DNA of 22,095 nucleotides from contig JBCBJQ010000100.1 of assembly GCA_038523235.1 (NCBI GenBank), positions 1 to 22,095 of the forward strand, written 5' to 3'. This document shows, one piece after another, positions 15,931-22,095 of the stretch. Within the stretch, counting starts at the first letter, position 1. Every line of letters starts with the position of its first letter. Both the position numbers and the translations under genes were made by a program. The stretch comes from Cyanobacteria bacterium J06626_4. Its GTDB lineage: Bacteria; Cyanobacteriota; Cyanobacteriia; Phormidesmidales; Phormidesmidaceae. The notes beneath the pieces were generated by a model. That model was not told the origin of the DNA, did not search any database, and saw only the letters and a program-made list of their open reading frames with translations.

Positions 15931-16731
15931 TTACGCTGGCGGCTTTTTATTCAAAAACTTCAGTGTTTCGCGATTGAAGCTGGCTGGATTGACGAGGTTG
16001 GAAGGATCCATAGCCCTATGGAGAACAACAAACCTAGCACCCTCTACCGCATTAGCAATTTTTCGATTAATCGCTATGAAAAAATCACCAAACTGATCAC
16101 CTACCATCACTAAAGTTGGGGTCTTAAGCTGCCTTAACTGCTCAACGACATCGATCCGATTAATCGCCCGACGCGCTAGGATTAGCTGCTCAAAATCGGC
16201 TTCTAAGGCCATCTGAGAAAAATAGTCTTTAGCCGGTTGAGCAAACGGAGCCTGATAAGCCGATGTCATGCCCTTGGCCATTGCCGCTGGCCCCAGAAGC
16301 TTAAATAGCCAAAAGCCAATTATCTGCGATAGTCCCAAGGCTCGCTCTAGAGGCGTTTTTAACTCAGCAAAGGTATCCGATACAACCAGCTGGCTGACCA
16401 TCTCAGGGTGATGAACCGCAAACGATTGAGCGATGACACCGCCCATACTCACGCCCACTAAAATGCTGGTCTCTTTCTGGTGGGCTCTGAGTAAGTCGAT
16501 AATCTGATTCTCCCAGTCTGGCAGCGTCAGTTGCTTCACTTTTGAGGATTGGCCATGGCCGAGTAAGTCTGGAGCCAACACGTAAAAGCCGTTGCGGGCA
16601 AATGCCGCCATCTGGGGCTGCCACATTTTGTGGTCGGCACCCATGCCGTGCAGCAGAACCATCGCTGCGTTGGCCGCGTCGCCAAGGACTGAGTAGACCG
16701 TTTCAGTGCCGTCGGTGTTCTTGATTTTCAT
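15931..16731 (-). CDS. Alpha/beta fold hydrolase (enol-lactonase-like), possibly with a non-canonical triad
   Basis: LLHGMG, APDLLGHGQS, GVSMGG, PTLVMVG. The C-terminal His loop reads AMDPSNL instead of the usual AGHxxN. Confidence 0.88.
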   Translation of the reverse strand: MKIKNTDGTETVYSVLGDAANAAMVLLHGMGADHKMWQPQMAAFARNGFYVLAPDLLGHGQSSKVKQLTLPDWENQIIDLLRAHQKETSILVGVSMGGVIAQSFAVHHPEMVSQLVVSDTFAELKTPLERALGLSQIIGFWLFKLLGPAAMAKGMTSAYQAPFAQPAKDYFSQMALEADFEQLILARRAINRIDVVEQLRQLKTPTLVMVGDQFGDFFIAINRKIANAVEGARFVVLHRAMDPSNLVNPASFNRETLKFLNKKPPA

Positions 16732-16851
16732 GGGTCAGGTAAAGCATGCTGCCGATGACTGGCTAACCGGCTCTAGCCATGGCGGCAACGTCCGTTGGTG
16801 AATCCAGTCGAGAAAGGGGATTTTTTGTGGGCTGACCACATTCGTGAATTT

Positions 16852-18144
16852 TCATCGCTTCGCGTGCTGCTTGGTGGTGAGGACAGGTTTACCGGTTGAT
16901 ATCACCTGCTCGATGATATCGGCGGCTTGTGGGGCTCCTCCACTGGCTTGAATCGCTTGCTGCAGACGCACCGCGTTCTGGCGATACGAGGTTTGGGTCA
17001 AGACCTGGCGAATTTTGCGACGCAGCTTCGGCACGGTCAACTGGTTGGGCAAAATGAATTCTCCCGTGCCAGTCCAGGCGATGCGGGCGGCGACGCCAGG
17101 CTGATCGTTGGTAATGGGAATCGCCACCAAGGGGACGCCGTTACTCAGGGATTCCAGCACGGTGTTCATGCCAGCGTGGGTAATGGTCAGCGCCGCCTTT
17201 TGCAAGAGTTTGAGTTGGGGCGCATAGCCGACTACCAGCGGCGAGCCGGGTAAGGGTGGCAGTGACTCGGGTTGAGCCCCACCCCCCAACGCCATGACCA
17301 ACTGCGCATCGAGATCTTGACAGGCTGCCGCGATCGCCTCAAACAGCCATAACAGTCGATTTTGTAGCGTTCCTAAAGAGGCATAAATCAGCGGTTGCCC
17401 GGTTAGCTGCTCAAAAGGAAAAGGCACTGACGCGCGACTAGCAGGCTCAACATAAGGCCCTGTGAAGTGAAAACAAGCGGGCAAAAACTGCCGCGGAAAG
17501 GCAAACTCAGCCGGTTGCTGGCAAATCTGAGCCAGCTCTGAATAGGCATCGTTTTGCGATCGCAGCGGGGGTAAGTGCCACTGCTGCCGATAGTCGGCAA
17601 TCTGCCGCGTGCTGCGATTGGCCAGGAGGGCCAGCAGCTGATAACCAGCTTGGTTGCGCAGCCGGGCCCAGCCCGCCGCACCGTAGTGCCAAGAGGTAAA
17701 AAAAGGCGGCACGTCAGGCTCAGGGTTTAACATCAGGGCACAGCAGACGGTAATGAAAGGCAAGTGCAGCACTTGGGCCACGGTCGAACCGCCATGCAAG
17801 GCTTGGTCAATGAGTAGGCAATCGACTCCTACCGCTTTGAGAGCGGCTGGCCCTTCGGCCAACAGGATGGCGGTAGCCCGTTTGACCAACGCGAGCGAAT
17901 AGCGCAGCGCGGCGATGCCACTCAGTTCGCCCAATTGGTGCAGCGACTGTGGGGTCGAGCCCTGAGGAAACTCAGTGGTGCCGATCGCGAGAAACTCCAG
18001 ACCCGCAGCCAGCACTTTGGCTTTGCCATCGATCAGGCCCACCACGGTCACGCGGTGCGATCGCCGTTGCAGTTCACCCCCCAAGGCAATCATCGGATTG
18101 AGATGCCCTGTGAGGGTGGGGCAGAGGATGCCGATATGAGTCAT
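16852..18144 (-). CDS. GT1/MGT family UDP-glycosyltransferase (CrtX/macrolide GT-like)
   Basis: N-terminal GHLNP, YASLGT, and the UDPGT signature YAPQLKLL...ITHAGMNTVLESLSNGVPLVAIPITNDQPGVAARI. The acceptor cannot be determined. Confidence 0.93.
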   Translation of the reverse strand: MTHIGILCPTLTGHLNPMIALGGELQRRSHRVTVVGLIDGKAKVLAAGLEFLAIGTTEFPQGSTPQSLHQLGELSGIAALRYSLALVKRATAILLAEGPAALKAVGVDCLLIDQALHGGSTVAQVLHLPFITVCCALMLNPEPDVPPFFTSWHYGAAGWARLRNQAGYQLLALLANRSTRQIADYRQQWHLPPLRSQNDAYSELAQICQQPAEFAFPRQFLPACFHFTGPYVEPASRASVPFPFEQLTGQPLIYASLGTLQNRLLWLFEAIAAACQDLDAQLVMALGGGAQPESLPPLPGSPLVVGYAPQLKLLQKAALTITHAGMNTVLESLSNGVPLVAIPITNDQPGVAARIAWTGTGEFILPNQLTVPKLRRKIRQVLTQTSYRQNAVRLQQAIQASGGAPQAADIIEQVISTGKPVLTTKQHAKR

Positions 18145-18158
18145 GGCAGGTGGCCCGG

Positions 18159-18581
18159 CTACGCGGCCTCTTTGAGCTGATCGGGATCAGGCAATCGCAG
18201 CGTGTAGACTGCGGGAATATCCCAGGCTTCGACGATGCGATCGCTGACGATGCGCCAAACCACCACGGCGTCTAGCTCAAACGATTCATCGGCAAATGAC
18301 ATGCTTGGGTTGGCATGCATAACCACCAGCTCTTCCCCTACGGGAATGACTTTGAGAGTCGAGACCCGAAAGGTGCCGTTAGTGAGGGCGCCCAGTTTTT
18401 GAAAAAATGCCTGCAGACCACTGAGACCCTCATAGTCACCGGCGATCTCTGGCAGGCTCGGGTTGAAGTAGTGCCAGACAAAGTTACTCGAAATTAAGTC
18501 TTTTGCACTCGCCAGGTCATGGGGCAGCACCTTTTCCAAACGTTCTAAAAGTGACAAATTAGTTTGTACAGCCGTTTTCAT
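18159..18581 (-). CDS. SnoaL-like / NTF2-fold protein
   Basis: FVWHY...GDYEGLSGLQAFF...VVWRIVSDRIVEAW. It lies 14 bp upstream of the glycosyltransferase, which suggests an operon. Confidence 0.85.
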   Translation of the reverse strand: MKTAVQTNLSLLERLEKVLPHDLASAKDLISSNFVWHYFNPSLPEIAGDYEGLSGLQAFFQKLGALTNGTFRVSTLKVIPVGEELVVMHANPSMSFADESFELDAVVVWRIVSDRIVEAWDIPAVYTLRLPDPDQLKEAA

Positions 18582-18669
18582 AGCTTGAGTCCTCTATCAG
18601 TAAAGGGGGCGAAGTACTGAAGGAGCTAGGTGTGGTACCCAAGGAAGCGATTCGCCCCACCAAGTTTTC

Positions 18670-18749
18670 ACTGTAGGTCGGGGCCACGGGTCGGTTCTAC
18701 CTACAGCTGGGTGACCGTTTAGGGGAGATTAATCACCCAGTTGGGTGAT
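18670..18749. promoter_or_regulatory. Divergent promoter region with TCACCCA/TGGGTGA sites
   Basis: ATCACCCA-GT-TGGGTGAT at 18732-18749, a degenerate GTGACCG-TT-TAGGGGA 22 bp earlier (18711-18726), and CTACCTA-CAGC-TGGGTGA at 18697-18714. On the minus strand -10 TACAGT (18675-18670) lies 21 nt further on. Confidence 0.6.
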
Positions 18750-18831
18750 CCTAGCGGCAGGATTACAACCAGTTAATCCTTTTATAGACTGAAGATAAAC
18801 GACATGCTGTTGTCAGCTTTTGCGATGAGCC

Positions 18832-20286
18832 ATGGGCCTGTTTTTCATTCCTAAACTATTCCAAAACTGGCAACAATACATCCACCAAGTGCAGCAGGCT
18901 CCCCCTCCTTCGGCAGCGTATCGCGCTTGGCGACATCGCTTTATCCAAGAGCGACTGCGGCTGGGTCTTTGGGTCGCCGGTATTTTTCTCTTGGTTTTAG
19001 TACTTCTCACCTTTGGGCTGATTGTGCCGGCGATCGGCCGCACCGGCCAGGAAGAGCTGATGCTCAGCCGTTACGAGATAGTGGCCGCTCTGTGCATGGC
19101 CGCGTCAAGACTGCTGGGCATCTGGCTGGGTTTGATCTTTCTCTCATCGAAGTCACTGTCATTAGCCCAAACGCGCTTGGCTTTTTGGGGCTATTCAGGC
19201 GCAGTCATGGTGATTCCCCAGATTCATCACCTGCTAGCGGGTGAAACAAGTCTGGATTTTGCCGGGTGGAGCCTCTTTTTTTTGATTCAGGCGACCATGA
19301 TTCCGGTGCAGTGGCAGTGGCACGTGATCTCTCAGGTCGGGTTTCTCAGTTTGATCAGCGTTTCGATGTTGGTGCTGGGTTTTGACGCGCCGGCGCTGCC
19401 TCAAGCGCTGCAGCTGCCGGCCTATATTATGGTGCTCTTGCTCGCCCTGATCAGCTTTGGCATTGCTGACCTCGGGGTCTACCTTTATGAGCGGCTGTTG
19501 ATTCGAGAGTTTGAGCTTCGGCAACAGCTGCAGCTATTTCTGCATGCGGTATCTCACGATCTGCGGAATCCGGTCACCGGTACGCTGATGCTATTGAATA
19601 GCCTGCTGCCAGGCGAGGAAAAAGTCACCCTCGATCGCAGCGTGATTACCCGCATGGCCAAAAGCCATGAGCAGCAGCTACGGCTGATTAATTCTCTGTT
19701 AGAGGCGCATACACAAGAACTCAGCGGAGTCTCACTGCAGTTGCAACCTGTTAGCCTGCACGATTTGGTCAAAGAGATCACGGCCGATTTTTACCTGGGG
19801 TTAAAGCAGGTGCAAGGGCACATCGTGGTCTTGATACCGGCGGGTCTACCCCGCGTCAGGGCCGATGCGCTGCAGCTACAGCGGGTCTACGACAACCTCA
19901 TTTCCAATGCTTTTCAGTACAACCGCTCTGGGGTCTGTGTCACCCTTAATGCCAGTCTGCGCGGCCAATACTTGCACTGTACGGTCAGCGATGATGGTCA
20001 GGGCATCAGTGAGCTGCCGGGCGATCACCTGCAATTTCCCTCAAATCAACCCACCTCGCCAGATTCCAACCAGGGGCTATTCGATCGCTACAGTCGTGGC
20101 CTCAGCCGTCGCCAACCTCTGCACTTGGGGCTGGGTCTGTATATTTGTCGGCAGATTGTCGAAGCTCACGGGGGCCAAATCGGGGTGGATAGTCAGTTAG
20201 ACCAGGGCACCACCTTCTGGTTTACCCTGCCGCTGGCAGCTCCTACACACTTTAGTCACGGTTCAAGACGACTCGGTCATTCTTAA
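18832..20286 (+). CDS. Membrane sensor histidine kinase (multi-TM sensor, HisKA, HATPase)
   Basis: About 6 TM segments; H-box FLHAVSHDLRNP; N-box NLISNAFQYN; G1 DDGQGI; G2 LGLGLYICRQIVEAHGG; GTTFWFTLP. Confidence 0.95.
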   Translation: MGLFFIPKLFQNWQQYIHQVQQAPPPSAAYRAWRHRFIQERLRLGLWVAGIFLLVLVLLTFGLIVPAIGRTGQEELMLSRYEIVAALCMAASRLLGIWLGLIFLSSKSLSLAQTRLAFWGYSGAVMVIPQIHHLLAGETSLDFAGWSLFFLIQATMIPVQWQWHVISQVGFLSLISVSMLVLGFDAPALPQALQLPAYIMVLLLALISFGIADLGVYLYERLLIREFELRQQLQLFLHAVSHDLRNPVTGTLMLLNSLLPGEEKVTLDRSVITRMAKSHEQQLRLINSLLEAHTQELSGVSLQLQPVSLHDLVKEITADFYLGLKQVQGHIVVLIPAGLPRVRADALQLQRVYDNLISNAFQYNRSGVCVTLNASLRGQYLHCTVSDDGQGISELPGDHLQFPSNQPTSPDSNQGLFDRYSRGLSRRQPLHLGLGLYICRQIVEAHGGQIGVDSQLDQGTTFWFTLPLAAPTHFSHGSRRLGHS

Positions 20287-20325
20287 GCTGCTGGCGCTAA
20301 AGAACAAACAAAACACTAAATAAGG

Positions 20326-20646
20326 ATGCAAATGGGACAAAAATCTGCCAAATCCAATTCCAAGAATCGAGCAACAGCGGTGATTTGGGGCTCTGCTGTG
20401 GGCCTGTTTGCCCTGTGTATTCCGTTAACCGCAGTGGCGAAAAGTGGACCGATACTCCCGATTCTGGTGATGCTAGGTGCTACTGGTGGCACCGCCGCAG
20501 TCTGGCTAGCACCGGAGCAGCGCCGCAAAGAAGAGACGCTGGCCCTAAAGGCTTTGGAAGACCGAGTCATGAATTTAGAGAGCATTTATACGAGCCTGCC
20601 AGATTTTGAGCAACCGCCTCAGTTGTTGAATAAAGATAGGTACTGA
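20326..20646 (+). CDS. Small membrane protein (2 TM plus coiled coil)
   Basis: Two hydrophobic helices followed by LKALEDRVMNLESIY. TAAGGA lies just upstream. Confidence 0.75.
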   Translation: MQMGQKSAKSNSKNRATAVIWGSAVGLFALCIPLTAVAKSGPILPILVMLGATGGTAAVWLAPEQRRKEETLALKALEDRVMNLESIYTSLPDFEQPPQLLNKDRY

Positions 20647-20717
20647 AAACACGCCATCAAGGAAATGACGCGAGTTTAACGAGAATGCTTGACGACGCAT
20701 CAATTTTCTCCGACGGC

Positions 20718-20778
20718 TCACCCAAGTAGGTGTCTCTAAAAACCCGCCTGGGTGAACCGCCTAAGCTCATCTGGGTGA
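20718..20778 (+). promoter_or_regulatory. Three phased TCACCCA-N2-TGGGTGA-like sites
   Basis: TCACCCA-AG-TAGGTGT (20718-20733), AAACCCG-CC-TGGGTGA (20740-20755) and AAGCTCA-TC-TGGGTGA (20763-20778). The period is 22-23 bp, upstream of the 20825 ORF. Confidence 0.6.
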
Positions 20779-20824
20779 TGTGGTGTGACAGTATCTCAAG
20801 GCAGACTGAACCTGTATTTTTCCC

Positions 20825-21343
20825 ATGAGGGTTTATTGCATGTCTGCGCTGAAGTTTATGACGAGTTTGGGATTGGGCGCGAGCAGTGCGCTCGTAACGA
20901 CCGCTGCCCTGGCAGCTCCGGCTCCCGTGTTTGAGCCCATTCTCGATGACATCCTGACCGAGAATTCGACTCACCCCCCTTTGCGTCTGCCGGCAACGGT
21001 GCCGACCGATGTGGAGCTGTATCCATCGATCATGCCGGAAGCAGGGATACTTTTCCTCAATACTGAACCTGGCTGTGAGGAGATAGAGTGCACCGCACTT
21101 GTCGTCATAGCAGAATCAGAAGCCCCCCCACTCTGGCCTTTCATCGGTGCGCTCCCATCGAAATCGCTAGAGCTGGTAGACGGTGTGCAAGCGCATTTTT
21201 GGGAACGGGGAGGCATGGCCTCGCTGCAGTGGATGCAAGATGATTCGCTTTACGTTTTGAGCTATCGTCAAACGATCTTTTCGCCAGAAGCCGCGATCGC
21301 CATGGCAACCTCGATGGCGACTGAGCCGCCGTACTCACCTTAA
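20825..21343 (+). CDS. Hypothetical exported protein
   Basis: Signal-like N-terminus (LGLGASSALVTTAALAAPAPVF), a CEEIEC cysteine pair, and WMQDDSLYVLS...AIAMATSM. The true start may be a downstream Met. Confidence 0.7.
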   Translation: MRVYCMSALKFMTSLGLGASSALVTTAALAAPAPVFEPILDDILTENSTHPPLRLPATVPTDVELYPSIMPEAGILFLNTEPGCEEIECTALVVIAESEAPPLWPFIGALPSKSLELVDGVQAHFWERGGMASLQWMQDDSLYVLSYRQTIFSPEAAIAMATSMATEPPYSP

Positions 21344-21726
21344 GGATTCGCTGCGTGTAAGCGATCGCCTACAGTCGACTTCAACTCAACCGCCTCAGCC
21401 CGCCCTCAACTAGTGGAGCCTTGATCGCTATAGTCAGGGGCGCAATCATAACCAACCGCTGCACCTGGGTCTAGGGCTTAACATTTGTCAGCACTTGAAG
21501 CCTACGGGTGGGCCAATTGGCGCTGAGAGCGATACTCCACAGGGCACCCCTTTTGGTTTATGCTGCCGATTGATCCAGCGCCATGATGTTTGGAGCATAG
21601 CCGTGCGGGCATTTGTACATAAGGAATGACGGTAGAACTAAAGTCCTGCTGCGTGCGGCTTGTAATGACTGGAGATGTTCAAACCAAATTTCGGTCTGCT
21701 AGGGCAGAATGCGGAGCATTGATTTT

Positions 21727-22095
21727 ATGGCCTTTGATCCGACATTTCTCAAGATATCTGGGCGGCAGCTTAGTAGACGCTGGACTCAACTGCGGCAGCA
21801 TCTATCGCTTAACCAATCAAGTGACTATCTCAAATGGCGGCAGACATTTTTATATCAGCGGCTTGGTTTTGGCCTTTGGGTCGCGCTGGGCTGTCATTTA
21901 ATTGCCGGCAGCTACGTACCATACCTTTTTGCTTTTCATGGCGACCAAGTTGCTGAAAGCCTGTCCAGCCTCACCGATAATGCTGCAGCAGTTGTTCACC
22001 AGCTGAAAGGCGCCGCGATTACGAACTTTTTCGTGACTACAGTGCTGATGGCGCTGTGTTTGCTGCTGCATAAAACCCAGTGGGGACGTCGCCAT
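21727..22095 (+). CDS. 5' part of a membrane sensor protein paralogous to the 18832 kinase (runs off the window; absent from the ORF track)
   Basis: Open frame from ATG 21727 (or 21709) to the window end: MAFDPTFLK...SSDYLKWRQTFLYQRLGFGLWVALGCHLIAG...VTTVLMALCLLLHKTQWGRRH. It aligns with SAAYRAWRHRFIQERLRLGLWVAG of the first kinase. Confidence 0.8.
   Translation, partial: MAFDPTFLKISGRQLSRRWTQLRQHLSLNQSSDYLKWRQTFLYQRLGFGLWVALGCHLIAGSYVPYLFAFHGDQVAESLSSLTDNAAAVVHQLKGAAITNFFVTTVLMALCLLLHKTQWGRRH

Noticed and set aside
16852..18144. Assigning crtX to the glycosyltransferase (or aroK to 9707-10273)
   Set aside because: Only family-level motifs are visible and there is no pathway context to support a specific symbol.
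1587..18581. An intact integron cassette array explaining the co-oriented genes
   Set aside because: There is no integrase and no repeated well-formed attC sites, and several genes have their own promoters. Only one weak remnant is reported.
21626..22095. ORFs 21626-21901 (+) and 21898-22095 (-)
   Set aside because: They overlap a better-supported open frame from 21727 that is homologous to the kinase N-terminus.

Overview
The window looks like an accessory region of a cyanobacterial genome: I count about 21 HIP1 octamers (GCGATCGC) by eye, all after position 3698. It opens with a convergent pair, an AraC regulator (+) and an HSL-family esterase fused to a VOC/glyoxalase domain (-). Two homologous arrays of palindromes with a 41-bp period bracket this pair. 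The minus-strand run continues with a MerR/TipA-like regulator fused to a Clp N-domain (with a classic 19-bp-spacer MerR promoter), a doubly deleted SDR pseudogene, a DUF1400-type alpha/beta hydrolase, a beta-lactamase-family serine hydrolase, a P-loop kinase, an intact SDR, a GNAT, a 7-blade FG-GAP protein, another alpha/beta hydrolase, a GT1 glycosyltransferase and a SnoaL-like protein. IS630 and IS701 remnants are interspersed. The plus strand then carries a membrane sensor histidine kinase, two small proteins and the 5' part of a paralogous membrane sensor that the ORF track misses. The most notable unexplained signals are (i) the paired TTAGGTRGA-N5/6-TCAGCCTAA arrays flanking a ~3.2-kb cargo, (ii) a recurrent TCACCCA-N2-TGGGTGA palindrome in several promoters, suggesting a local two-component regulon, and (iii) the MerR-TipAS-ClpN fusion. 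All family calls come from reading motifs by eye; no database searches were run.
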